A stretch of 20,000 bases of DNA from Catajapyx aquilonaris (GCA_000934665.2 KZ538107.1:106760-126759); one strand, 5' to 3'. Counted from the first letter of the stretch, positions 1-13,154 are shown. Numbers and translations are program-made. Notes: generated from the sequence alone by a model not told the origin.

Positions 1-2071
1 CGCTAAAGGTGCTTCAGTATATCAATTAAAAAGTGAAAGGCTGTAATTTTGAAAGCGATGGGATATAACGAACCAGGGTTGTAATTTTGCATTGTTTTCG
101 TTTCAAATATATATGCAGAAGGAGCGAAGTGTTTCTATTATGAATTTTGCAGTGGCAGTACTGTATATTATGCTTCTTTTTAGAGTTGGACACACTGTGT
201 AGTTTATTATCAGGTTTGTTATACCAAGAGGATTCATTATCTCCTGGTACTTCATAGCTTCCAATTGAATACAGTAGACTACTGCACTATCCCAGAGACA
301 TTACACTGTCAATAAATAGTGTAAAATCACTAATATCATTCTAAAATAAACTATAGGGTAATTTCGTCAAATATTCCTAAGAAGTAGTGGAACAATGGAA
401 GTAGTTCAGACTCAGAAGTGAGCACCTTTCGCACCACCCTGTGAAGCTGATGTAGTTGACGCCATATGCAACTCTAAAATATCAACACTACTTTATAAAT
501 TAAAATGAATTATTTTTAAGGAACTTTTCACGGCTATTTGGAGCTTGAAAAAGTATCTAAAATATATTATAACATGAAGGCAACGAGATCTCTATCTGAT
601 ATATCAGGCAACACTTCCATCTCTTTGCATTGCACCTTTCGCAGCAAAATATTAGTTAAAAAACCAAATCATAGCCAGATTTCATATACGAATCCTGTCC
701 CTCAGTGTATAGCAAGTCTATATAGCACAATGATGCCTCCAAAATATAACTTGTAAGGTACAACTTAAGGCATGACAAGGCCTCGAAAAGTAACTAGAGT
801 CGGTTGAGCCAAGCTGGGCTTCTGAAGTGTTGCGGCATCCTAAAGTTTGCAAAACTCTGCCAGGGCTCGTCTGCTTGCCAATCTTCCGGTTATCTCACAA
901 ACCGTCGACGTCGCTTCATCGACGCCTTCACCCATTAATACCCCCCTTGGCGGCTGTGCCTAATTGAACCATTTTGTGACAACGCATCGACAACCGAGCC
1001 GGGGTTTCTACTCCCTAATTTGAGAATTTACACGCGATAAAAGTCATGCTCTTCCAACTTTAGTCCGCAAGGCAAAACGGGGGACATGCAGCAAAAGCGA
1101 CGTGGGTAAACGGCTGCTGGGTCAACAGAGCGTCAAAAATTAAGTCTGCGGGCACTGCCAAGTAATGCGATTACTACGATGTACTTGCTGGAATGACCGG
1201 TCAATTCGAAGAGTGAAGAGAGAGAGGGAAGGTTCATTTTGCGCGAGTTTTCTATGGGTCGTCTACAGTATCACTGTAATACTGCACTGTAGGTACTGTA
1301 GTGTAGCTTGTGAATGTGCGGTACAATTGGTGCTGTACTTCCATAGTTTTCCAAACCTGCTGTCCCGTTCGTATAATGTGTGTATAATGATGACATGGAT
1401 GGAAAACATCGGTAGGTATTCAGACAAGTGTAACTATGCTGACAGTTCTGGGGCTCTCTACGGGACCACGGTACATTGTGGAGCATATTGCTACACTCCC
1501 AACCTGGTATACAGTACGTTTCAACTGAATAGCAAGCAACTGGACTTTTGCAACAAAAAGTTAATTACCGGTGTTTTGGATGGAGCTTCTCTCTTTATGA
1601 ATCGCACTCATCATGTTAATTAATACTTACATTGTAGATGCTCTTTTAAAACTAACATTGACATGGGTGTAATAATGGAGGGCTCAAGGATAAAAAAATA
1701 ATCCCATCCTAACGCAGACTTTTGTCAATATTTGTGTTGAGCTAAAATGCACATAAAAATCAGGAATGTTGCCACATTTGACGCAATGTGATGAAGTTAG
1801 TCTGTTATTTTGCCACGAAGTAAACTACATCGTGTTGCACATAATTGTCTGAGTACCATAGCAGCCACTCTCAGGTACGACGAAGCCTTTTAAATGAACA
1901 AAAGCTTACTCGACGCTGCAAGTACAAAAAACTGGTAAAACTTGGTTTCAAATATGGTAATGAGGCTTCAAAATATTCTGCATGAGGAAATAGTTGGATT
2001 TTTCCACAACTTACATCGTATATGTAATTGCTACCCTACCCAGCTGTACTAACATTTCCTTGGTCCCACAG

Positions 2072-2242
2072 ACAATGACCTGGACAACGTATTCGGGCTG
2101 AACTTCTCGGTGTTCGTGGGCATTGTGGTAGGCATCGTGTTGGTGTGCTGCGTGTGTGTGGGTGGAATAACCGTGTGCATGAGCAGAAGGCGCTGCCAGG
2201 CTCGTCACCCAACCCAGCAGGCTTCACCTGGCACCTATCCAT
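2072..2242 (+). CDS. Internal coding exon (phase 1-1) of a single-pass transmembrane protein: TM helix, juxtamembrane Cys and basic stop-transfer
   Basis: Perfect branch point TACTAAC (2047-2053), pyrimidine tract and acceptor cccacAG (ends 2071), donor GTAAGC (2243). The exon is 171 nt, open, GC-richer than its flanks, and reads NDLDNVFGLNFSVFVGIVVGIVLVCCVCVGGITVCMSRRRCQARHPTQQASPGTYP. Confidence 0.7.
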
Positions 2243-3303
2243 GTAAGCTTATGTCTCATTTCCTCCCATGCGAGCCGTACCTACGCTTATTAAATACTAA
2301 TCCAAAAAAAAAGCTGTCACGGGTCACATAAAAGTGGTTTGCCTGCGTTTAATTAGCAAGATTTTGCTTAGAAATTAAAATTTGTTTCGTGCAGGATTAC
2401 CAGAGGGTTGGCTTGAACGTTTGGCTAGACAAGTCATTTGCATAATTTTTTAGGCGGCTGCAATGGAAAGCAAGTTATCAAGATGCACGATAATGCCCTT
2501 AACTTTCCATCGCAGACTACATCCGAATACGTGAGATTAAAAAGTGGAAAAATAGAAGAAGAAAAAAATTACTAAAAAGAAATGGCAAAATTATATCGTG
2601 GCATTGTTCTGTACATTATGAGAACGCCAGTTCGTTACAGCACATTTTAGACTTGAAATATTTCACGGAAGACGGCTTTGTAATGCATATTCAAATTATG
2701 CCAATTATGATTGTAATATGAACTTCTCTTTAACCAGAACTTTGTGACTCCCGCTGTGTTAATATTTGCCACACACAGCTTAACGTCAACCTATTGCAAT
2801 GCTTGCCAATTTCCTGATGGAGAAGCTTTTGGTACTATACATATTTCATTAGGTTGTAGAATAGTATTCATACTACACTTCGTGCTAACTCATGTCGTAG
2901 AGTGACAACAATTATTGATCAACCTAAAGCGACTCAAATTCAGAACTAATTTTCAGGCCTACGTTGTGTACAGCCGCCAGCACTATAGGGCTTGGCACAG
3001 GCTTGGAAATGAAGGCCGTTTTACCCTGTGTGGATCATATGGAAGGAAGCTACATTCATTTCCAAGCCTGTTTGGTTTCGGCGGGGTGATGCGGGTGGTC
3101 TACCTTTCAGGTTATCAGGTCTGGTATCCTCACTGTGCTGGCGTCTGTACTGAAACAACCTAACAATGTATTATTATCACAAGCTTTTACAGGAGGCAAG
3201 TTTAATCCCTCAATTTAGTGTCAGCCAATAATATAGTTTGTAGTTATGACGTTTCTCATCTAAGAGAGGCATTGCAATTTGTTTGTTGCTCCTCCTCGGC
3301 CAG

Positions 3304-3479
3304 TGCAACAGTCGTTGGGGTCAAACGGAGCGCCACTGGAGAAGACGTTAACATATCCGGGCGCTACGTGCGTATTGCCCCCGTCCTTAAACACCAGCTC
3401 GGGAAACCTGTATCCCCCTGCGGGAGGCCTCCTCGGGTACATCGTGCTCCTGGCCCATTGCTACTACCTGGTAAAGTGA
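3304..3479 (+). CDS. Candidate next or last coding exon of the TM-protein gene (Pro/Gly/Tyr-containing tail)
   Basis: Acceptor ctcctcctcggccAG (ends 3303) and a GC-rich block. A phase-1 join to 2242 gives LQQSLGSNGAPLEKTLTYPGATCVLPPSLNTSSGNLYPPAGGLLGYIVLLAHCYYLVK*. Donors are present at 3471 (GTAAAG) and 3499 (GTAAAT). A second frame is also open, so the frame is uncertain. Confidence 0.35.
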
Positions 3480-5895
3480 AGAGCTCCGGCTCTGACAGGT
3501 AAATCACTTCTTTATTCGTGAGTATCATGAAAGAAATGTCTGGACAACTCAATGTCTGGCGGTACCTGATAGCACCTGAATATCCACACTGTGATGTCAT
3601 ATGTGCCCGAAAAGTAGCCTAAACAAAAAAAAAAAGTAATGTCCACTTTTGCAGCCAGTTCGTGCAAATTTTGCTTCCGCTTTTGACTTGGATCCGCCTT
3701 TTTGATTTATTGTCGGATTTTCTGGGCGGCTTGACTCTTTGGGCTTTCGACTCCCAATTCTGGTCAGGAAGCTCTCTATTCATTGGGCCTTACCGCCGCC
3801 TCCGAATTCATCAGCGGAATTTCTCAAATTATGGCTCAGTCGTGAGTTTGGTCTGGAAGATCTTTTGCTCATAATAGGACGGATCGTGGTTTTAAGTCAG
3901 TCGGCGCGACGTAGACAAAAGGTCTCTTGCAAGCCTGTTTAAATCCTCAGCCTTTCGGGGGTATAACTTCTGAGAAAAGCGACTTAACGGTGCATAATTT
4001 TACATTCATTCCTGACGCTGCAAAAATTTCGGATCTATACTTGAAAGGAAAGGTAGTGGAAGATAAGAAGTTCCCTACAGCTGTAATTCTAATTACTTCT
4101 CAATCGCATTTCCTCTCGTGGAAAGTCAAAAGTTTATTTCCGATGTCGGCGCACTTTTGTCACCTGGATGATTACTATGTTGTCAATTTGATGGAACTCA
4201 TTTTGGAATCATTAATAGAATGAGCCACTAATTGATTGCAAGTGAACAGGTGTTTTGCCTTTTGCGTGGCATGATTCATTTAACGTGGTAGCATATTATT
4301 ACGCTATATCTGTGCTACCTCAAGAAATTATTTAACTCGTTCATCTCTATTTTCGGATTTCGCCTACTCTAATTCATGTAACTTCAATGACGACGTTACA
4401 TGAATGAGTGTGTGTATGTGATTAAAATGCAAGCCTCTAACTTTTGCATAAAAGGAATTTTCAAACATATTCGATATTAATGTAGCTTATACAGTACAGT
4501 AGATGAAAAATCGCGGCTGCAGTCCCTTCAATGTTGTAAAATGTATGAACGCATTAAATATCTTATACTGACTGCCATTCAACTTTGCCATTACAGCGAT
4601 GTGTCCTCCAGCCAAAAGGACGAATGGTTTGTGTAGGTAAGTTACAAAAGGCCAAATTTGATTTTGTTCGGTGCATGCGGTATAAAAACCACACATCGTG
4701 GGCACAAGTGAAACACACCAAGTCTAATTTTGGCTGTTTTTAGTTATATTTGAGACTACCTGGTACATATCAATTTTTCTGCTTCATCGCCTAGTGAAGT
4801 CCATGTAGCCAGGAATCTAGGATTTTCCTTATTAACTTACATGTACACAACTGCCAGGTCAAATCTTTGACTTCAATTATTTCGAAAATGATTTTTTTAG
4901 ACTAGGGTGTTTCGTTTGTATGCCAAATATAAGTATTATATGAAAAAAAATGTATTTTCTCATTAATGTTCCAATAATGTATGCAAGGCTGCAAACTCTC
5001 ATAAATCTTAATCGCAGTATAGTGATAAATTCATAATTAGTTTCCAAAAATAAGGCTTACAGAAGGATTGTGGAAAATACTTCGAATGGTCAGCATTAAT
5101 GACATATACTGTAAATATGTCGAAAGCAAAAAAAAGGCAAATAAAATAATTCTGCAGCACGATGCTGTGTGCAAATAATTCAAGCTTTTGAAGGACTAAC
5201 GACCACTTCTGCTTTGTTTACAGCTTTGGGTCTGGTGCCACAACTTTTCCTCTCGCAGGGTGGACCCGCCGCAGTCTGACAGTCAAGTACCCCTGCAGAC
5301 TGCACCGCGAGAAAACATTCCTTTCTTTTTACTGCATCTGGTATGCCTCCTAACACCACCAACGTCACCTTCATCACAGGAGGTGATTTGCCATCGACGG
5401 TGTCTTTTTTCGTCTTTTTTTGGTCAGTCTTTATAAGGCATTTATTTCCTATGCAGTGGTGGTCCAGTACATTTTTTCCCAACAAAGTTCATCAAATATT
5501 TGTGAACGGTACATAACGACATATTTTAGAATTCTGAAGGCTAAATGTTGCGTTGTTTCTATAGAAGCTTCAAGGGTCTGTTTTTCATATATTCGAGTAT
5601 ATTATTTTTACCAGTGTATGAACCAGTGTATTTCATATATTGTTAGTTTTTTGAAAAGGTGTGTGCCAATAATGTGGTTGCAACAATGCTGGGCTTTGTT
5701 ACCCCCCTTTATGATTTTAAGCAGTTAGTGTTTCTCTCCAGCTGTGTGTAGCGGCTGCAGGTGACGATGGTGGAATCCGAGAAAAAAAAAACTGTCCAAA
5801 TGCAACTTAGTTGGAACTACAAGTTTCTAACCCGCAACATTTGAAGAAGAAAAAAATTAATAATAATACAGGGAAGATTAGTGCAGCTACTCTGA

Positions 5896-5920
5896 GTGTG
5901 TGTGTGTGCGTGTGCGTGTG
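5896..5920. repeat. Imperfect (GT)n microsatellite
   Basis: gtgtgtgtgtgtgcgtgtgcgtgtg read directly. Confidence 0.85.
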
Positions 5921-6261
5921 ATGCAGAAGACGCTACTTTATCAAGTGCCTGTGTGCAAAATTCCGTGCAAGTGAACATGGCGATGGAAATGGAATTATCA
6001 CCAAACAAGTGGCGGTGGTGGTTGGTTTTACAAAAAAAAAAATACCATGGGTTTCTGGTTTTGTCCATTCCATTCCCCATCCCCAACCCCCCATATCGTC
6101 ACCGCCCCCGATAAAAGCAGCAGCAGCAGCAACACTGCATTGTTGACCCTATCTGCAGGAGCTGTTGCCAGTCTCCTTATAATTCCCATCAGTGTAAACT
6201 AATAGATATGATTCATCGTCGCTGAAAAAATGTGTCGACTTTTTTTTTTGTCAAAATTTCC

Positions 6262-6349
6262 TCAGGGTGTTTCTTATTGTTGATCCGATTCAAGGTGTAT
6301 GGTTGCTGTTAAGGGTAGTGGAATTGTCGCACCGTAAGAAACACCCTGA
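6262..6349. mobile_element. 88-bp inverted-repeat unit with Tc1/mariner-like ends (possible mini-MITE relic)
   Basis: Perfect 15-bp IR: tcagggtgtttctta (6262-6276) and taagaaacaccctga (6335-6349). CAGGGTG ends are typical of Tc1/mariner, but there is no TA TSD. Confidence 0.4.
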
Positions 6350-9300
6350 AAGACAAAACGAAATTGGTACTTTTTGCAAAATTGTTGATGTGCTTATTGG
6401 GATGTACCTAACACCTCGCTGCTGATAGGGCTGTTTGAGAGCGTTAAAAAAACCACATCCTTCACCTTTTGTGTTTCAATGTGCTGAGAATGCCATTCAA
6501 AACTTAACAACACAAAGGGAAAAAAAAACATTTAAAACGCAGATATTAGAAAACTACAGTATTCATAGTACAAAAAACCCACCCTTGAAGTTATTCTCAA
6601 TATAGACGACATTGTGATTGCAATTCATATCAGCATCGCTCGTGCTTGCTTCGACCCTCAGCGTGGAATATTTAAAGAAATGCAAAAAATGTCATTTGGA
6701 AAAATGGGTTAGAATTTTAGGAACCGCCCCATCCCCTCCCCTCCCCAATATCCATTCCTCTCCCTAATTCCACCAACCTAAAACTCTTCAATGTGATCTC
6801 GACGTAGACTTTTTTGTGGATGTGTATGCTGCTGCTTCGCTTATAATCAGAGCATAAAGTTCCAATTTCCATTTGGGCAATAATAAGTACATTTTAAAAA
6901 ACTCTATTGATGATGAGGCTGCACAGACTTTATTGAGTGTTGAGGGCAAGTTCTAGGCAAGCTTTAATACGATGTTACATCACCTGGTTTAACCAGAGCC
7001 GCACTTATTGAGAGAAGCAGGAAAGAATATTCCTCACCGTCGTAACTGCCAGGATTTGTTATGTTTGCCCTTTGTTACAGTTCGTTTTTTTTTTTTTTTG
7101 TAAAGGGCTACTCTAATATACCCGTCAGTCATTATACCATTATTTTGTCGTAAAGGTGGGCATTTATTGTCAACATATGGGTCTCTTGAGCTTGTACATG
7201 TCGAGGATTTTGTAAATCCAACATGGCCTCTGCTCTGTTGCACTTGACGCATGACTAAATATGGCGCCTATCATTTGGCGCCACATTGTGTGCTTTATGT
7301 TATTGCTCATAAGCAAAAAAAAAAAAAAACAGCTGGTTAGTCGTTGCAGTTTCTTATGTGTTGTGGCGAATATTGAAACATGACATGATGTACTACTACT
7401 CTAACATTTGGTGGGAAAAAATTCTGGCTAGATTTTTTTTTAGAGACAGTCAAAGAATGTGGATTAACTAGAAAGAAACGTCATGTGATAGCCGGTGGTA
7501 GCTTGCAAATGGCATTGTGACTATTGTAAATGTAGGCTATTTGATCCATGGGGTAGGGCATGTGCCGATGCAACTGCACAGTCATACGAGTTAGAAAAAA
7601 AAAATGTATGTAGGATACGCGTGTACAATTTTGACTTCAGAAAAAAAAAAATAAGTTACGTAGAAAATCGGCGTGGTGCAACAGAGCTTTGGAAACTAAC
7701 TGGCAAAATACCGACTGTACCTCAATAGTTTACTCTTTGTGAACTTGTGATATTGCGATGCCAACTTCTATGGTGAAAGGCCACGATTGTGGCTTGACAC
7801 GTAGATTTTTTTTTTCTCCCGACGAAAGTGTCACAACCAAGCCATGTACAAGTCCAATGAAGCCTAATATCTTAGCACGGCGCCCCTCCAACAGCACAAG
7901 ATGATTGAACAGGGTATTTAAAAAAAAACCTGTGGCAACAACCCTCCTTCCCCCTCCCCTCCTTTACACCAAGAGATTTCTCAGAAAAGTAGGATTTTTC
8001 TGGCCACCAAAAAATATTTAGTCCTCCGAGCATTCTGTGTGAGACCTGTTCCGTTTGTACAAAACAATGCCTTTACAGTATTGTATTCATTATATCCACG
8101 CGCAGACTGCAAGTTAATTAAGGGAGAAAAAAAATCATTTCCCCCAAACCTTGTCTAACCTACCCTAACCCAACTCAGATGCGTAAATGTTTTCGTGTGG
8201 TGTGGCCACTTTGTCTCATGGAAATGCGTGTCCCTAAACTTAACTTTGAACTTTAAAAAAAAGGAATCTCTTAGCCGTTCCATAAAGAGAAGAAGCCAGC
8301 CTGTTGCGTTTGATCTGTCAACAATAAATCGCCGCAGTTAAGCAGTGTACGGTACAGTACCTTTTTTTTTAATCGCGCCGAGTGAGCAGGGATAGATCTC
8401 GTGACAATTATTTTGTCGCAAAGAGTGAATCGTATTGTTTGTTTATCAGTAATACCTTCCAAACGTTGTACTGCCATATCCAGTGAGATCTGCATAACCT
8501 TGCTTTCATTTTACCATCTGTGGGGTCACTCAGCGATGTCAGCGCTTGCTTATGAAGACTTTTTGAACGCTATCCGTATAAATGCGACGCATATTTCGAT
8601 TACTGTGAAAAAATGGAATGTTGATGTCGAGTGGCCGATAGCTGATATGTAAAATTTTTACTTAGTTTTTGTACGGTACTGTACACGATTTTGGATATTT
8701 TGGCAACACTCAGTTAGGGTGCCGAACCTCGACAACAAACACGATTCCATATCAGAAGAGCATATCAAATGTGGCAGCATAAAAATATCCTACATTTTAT
8801 ATTCGTTTGGGAAGACGAACAACTTAAATGAGCGAATCTATCAGTTGGGGGTTGCTGTAAAAAAAAATTTTGATCAAAATAAATCGTTTCTTTTTCCCTC
8901 ATTGGCCCTTTTCTTGCTGCAACCCCACCGAGTTTCTGAAATATCATCGTTTCAAAAAAGTTGAGTCAATCGACGTTGCCACATTGCCTTCACTGGCTTC
9001 TTCAGTATCAATCAAGATGGTACAGGATTAGGAATCACAACTCAGTTTTAGAGTATAAGTACGAGCGCCTTTGGCACTTGATAAAAAAAATACACGAAAT
9101 GATGTATTGTGTGGATTGTTTTGATATAACCTGTAGACTAACGTCGGTTTCAAAAATGAAGTAAGGAATCTCCAAAGGCGCTTATAATGTGAACAAAATT
9201 CCTACAATCCCATATATTCCACTCCAAAAAAATAAATAAAAAATAAAGGTTCGAACGGCGCACACGCTACACAAAAAAATGTATACGAGTTACGTGCTAT

Positions 9301-10084
9301 TGCATAAATCCCTTGTACATATTTTGAAACCGACTAATTCCTCTCGTCCAACAGGAAAGATAATAGGCCTCCTGGTTTGGTCCCCATTTGTTTGGGTCAT
9401 CATTATGTTTGGTCTCCGTACTGCCGTCCCATATAGGTTCCCCCCACGATTGGGTTGCACTAGTTGTACACGCTCACATTCTCACGCATGGTCCATTGGG
9501 CAGTGAATAGCTGCAGGTTGACTTTCTGCAGGAATCAAGGAGGATTAAAGGCTGGGGTTGGAAGGTTCGGTTCACACTCCAGTCTTCAAGTGCATCTTAT
9601 CATTACAGCTTGCACGTCCCTGTTTTTCTCTCTCCTTTAGTAGCATATCTCAGGAATTTGAGTTCAGTTCGGTCGAGGAGCCTTCCAACATATCCCACCT
9701 TTCATTCTCCATTCCTCGACAAATCGAGAAAGAGAGAAGAAAAAAACCTCTGCCTCCTCTCCCTCTGTTCCTTCAGTTCACTTCCTTCCTCTTAGTATCT
9801 TTCCTATAATCTGTATGACAATAACAAGGGGCAGAATTGCGCCTTCGCTTCGTCGGTATAATATATAAACCAATAATAACACTAATCCTAAGATTTAAAA
9901 TACTCCTGGTATAGCAACCTTGCAGGAAGCGATTTCTCTTTCTGATAGAGGCGTTCATGAAGATTCCATGGGCCTAAGGGCTCACCAGCTGGGAAATTTG
10001 GGCGAACATAGGGAATTTACAAGGCGTGGATGGGTGTCGTGTCGACTGCAAAAAAGATAGACAGAGACAGAGTGATGGAGAGAA

Positions 10085-10098
10085 GAGAGAGAGAGAGA
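10085..10098. repeat. (GA)7 microsatellite within a purine-rich tract
   Basis: gagagagagagaga followed by an A run. Confidence 0.8.
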
Positions 10099-11250
10099 AA
10101 AAAAAACAACAACAGAAATTCAAGTCCTTTGTAAAGTAGACCGTACATTTGTGTGCAACTGGTGGCATTTCCGAGAGAGGTTTGTAGATTTTTTCCCTTC
10201 CCTTCTCCGGACTCTCCCAGCTGATGGGCTCCCTCTGTGAACTTTTTATATAAGTTATACCGGTTCGTTGCTGAGAGAGACGAATACAATTTTCCATCTC
10301 CTTTCAGGTGTGACTTTGTAAAGAAGCACATGTGGATAATAACCAATTTCTTAGTTTCCAAACACTGGGTTGCTTATTACCTGCACACCTGCTGGCATTA
10401 TCAGTTTCAGGAATGTTGAAAGAACGTGTTATCCTTGCTTATTCCAGAGAAATCAGCATTAGGTGCCTGCAAGAATTCTGGGGGAAGAGAAGCACCATGA
10501 GAATGAACTTGATAAATATGGGCCATGTTGATATATCAACACAAATATAGAATTTTCACAACCAGAATGTCTACAACGTAAGCAGGATTCAGATTTCTTT
10601 CTGGAAAAAATTACGGTGTCGCTTATTGCTAAAAATGATGGATATTCAGTGACTCTGATGCTGAAGGACATCCAGCCGTAGTTCTATTTGTCCGTATCAC
10701 TCGATTTCTGGTCTGAAGTATTAAGCGTTGGGAAGTGGACGGAAAGGAAGTAATCCCCGCCTCCCTATATACCCCACCGCCTCTGGGCGATACAGCTCTG
10801 GTGGCCTAAGAAGCGGAAAGGATTACAAACGGATCATCATTTTCTCCCTGACCAGTTTCAGGCTTGGGTGATTCCAAGGCAAGAAAAAGGAAAAATAAAA
10901 TGAAGATCTGTTAGCCAAGGAGAAGGACTCTCTAGGACTAGGTAGGTCTACGTAGTAATTGCTGCGAGGTATTGAGAGGGTTACAGGCCAAGATGAATGT
11001 TTGTGTTTACAGCGGGAAAGCAACGTGAGATTTACTTTTATCCCATCAATATGTATGTTATAACTGTAGGCTACGTGTATCAAGTATTGATTATTTAATT
11101 CACTCTCACACGTGTCCATGACACCTGTCATAAAAAGGCAGCAATTAACAACTGATTATACAGGGCGATCCTAAATACTTGTCATATTGCTTTTGCAATA
11201 TTTCTCACATTCAACTACATAATTATTACGGTATCAAGTAGTATCAGTGG

Positions 11251-11313
11251 CAGTGGCGTAGCGGGGGTTGCCAGCGCCCGGGGATGGGCAAGTATTGCGC
11301 CCCCCCCCCCCCC
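11251..11313 (+). mobile_element. Solo terminus of a non-autonomous DNA transposon (CAGTGGCGTAGC..., hAT-like)
   Basis: cagtggcgtagcgggggttgccagcgcccgggg...gcg followed by a poly-C run, forming an abrupt GC-rich island. No matching gctacgccactg end was seen in the window. Confidence 0.4.
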
Positions 11314-11491
11314 AAGCACACGCATTGTATTTTTAAAAAATACTGATGTAATCAAAGAAAATGTATTTAATGCTAGTGTAAAGGAATGAATTCTCAGAAG
11401 GGAGAAAAATGATATTTTCTCAAAGAAAGCGGAGTAAAGATGAGGGTAAATTCAAGATATTGAACCAGTTTGCTTCATTAATAACGATATA

Positions 11492-12225
11492 CAGAGTGTT
11501 TCACTATGTAGCCCGCCCAAAGAATCGACTATAGTGTTTTCTTCCTATACTCTACCTAGATGCCTGATGTTTGATTTAAAACTTACCTTAGTTCATGGAA
11601 ATGTAGTACCATTCGCAATAAATGCTGTACTTGAGTTTCAACGACCTCCACACGCACTCGAACGTGACTCGACACAACCAGGACACAACGGTCCTTATTA
11701 TCGAAGGCCCTCCTCAGCTCATCGATATTAATAGTAAGGATTGCTGCACCAAGTGTTTTGGACCAATACAGTGATAGATGCCTTCCTTTAGATTAATAAA
11801 AAATCGAAGAAGTGAAGCACAGGCTGCTGGAATGACCGAAAAAGTCACCACGATTTTATCACAAGAAACCGGGTATCCTGTTTCCACCTGTCAAAATAAC
11901 CGAGAATGGGGATATTTGAAGAATTATGCTTGCAACAATGAGCCTCGAGGTTTGAAGACTTGGAAAGCAACATAAGTGGAGAAATCTGGACCATTTTTAT
12001 GGGGATATGCAGAGGAGGATATTCGATAATAAGGAGAGCTGGGTCGAGTCGCGTTCGAGTGAGTATGGAGGTCGTTGAGGTCAGGTACAGCATTTATAGT
12101 GAATACGTAGTTCTGTCGATTCCCATTAACTAAGGTAACTTTTAAACCAAACATTACATTTCAAGTCGAGTGGTAAGAAAAATATAGTCGATTCTTTGGG
12201 GGGACTACCTTAGTGAAAGAGCCGG
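11492..12225 (+). mobile_element. Tc1/mariner-derived fold-back (non-autonomous) element with transposase C-terminal remnants
   Basis: TA on both sides (11490-11491, 12226-12227). Diverged inverted arms span about 11492-11723 and 12004-12225 (e.g. cccaaagaatcgactata / tatagtcgattctttggg). The internal frame has WGYLKNYACNNEPRGLKTWKA (from 11907), resembling the FLWGYLK..VY...P..L..LK motif of Tc1/mariner-type transposases. Confidence 0.75.
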
Positions 12226-13154
12226 TATTTCAAATATTTAAACTGTCTGGTTTAACCTAAAAAGGTACAGTAGGAATGGGTCACCCTCAATAAAGGCAAG
12301 GCAGCTTGCTTTTCCTTAAAAAATTATCAATTCGAGTATTGTATAGTACAAAGAAGAAGGAACACTTCCTCAAAATCAAATTGGTATGCATGGACGAGAA
12401 CCCCCAGAATAATAATAATTATTGTCCCACCTTCCAAGAAGAGAACCTCTCCATTTTTTTACAACCTGTCACTCATGAAACCCAGAGGAAGGCTAACCGC
12501 CCATGTTTCATCTGCAAACATTTGCACCATGGTCCATTGTAAATCTACTAATCTAGCACTGTCTTCCTTCCTTGACTCAAAACCAAGAGGACCAATTTTG
12601 CTTTATGATCAATATTATTATCACTGCTAAATCACGTCTACACACGCACATTCTCAAGGAAAATCATACAAGAAGGCGTCACTTTTTTGGCCTCTGACTC
12701 CATAGTTGCATATTTTCTCATTTTTGTTTACTTTTTGCCATAAACTTAGTCATTCTTATTAATTTTTTTTCCACTTCGTCAATCCCAGTTGGCCGATAGT
12801 GAACTCAGTGTATATTTTCATGCATATTCCCACTTGCAACTTTTCTACTTACTGTTAGTGAAACCCCCCTGGAAGTGAGTTAATATGATAACCCATTTGC
12901 ATTTACTGGAGTAAGAACTGTCTGAGTGGGAGGGCTACCGATACGCAGACATAAGACGCGTATAAGAACACTTATGTAAACTTATGTACCAAAAAAGCTT
13001 AACTTTACTGCAGACGCCATACCTGTATACAAAAACGAACGTATATACATATGGATTAGTGTATAGTGTATACTGTATATACGTATATTAAAACAATGCA
13101 ACTCGGGATATTACTTCAATGGTTATGCAAGCTGCATAGGCCTTTTGGATATGC

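Noticed and set aside
2915..3163. ORF with acceptor-like ttttcAG as an extra exon of the TM gene
   Set aside because: A phase-1 join from 2242 stops after about 10 codons, and the long frame is phase-incompatible.
5180..5485. 101-aa minus-strand ORF and + strand acceptor-like sites near 5223 and 5258
   Set aside because: No recognisable motif, and I could not choose a frame or link it convincingly to neighbouring exons.
8145..8252. ctaacc / ccctaacc / cctaaac motifs suggesting telomeric or Helitron-associated repeats
   Set aside because: Only scattered, non-tandem degenerate copies.
10823..11131. Minus-strand NRSSFYFSFFLPWN resembling a LINE ORF2 terminal SFF...WN motif
   Set aside because: Too short, driven by a low-complexity purine tract, and no upstream RT motifs.
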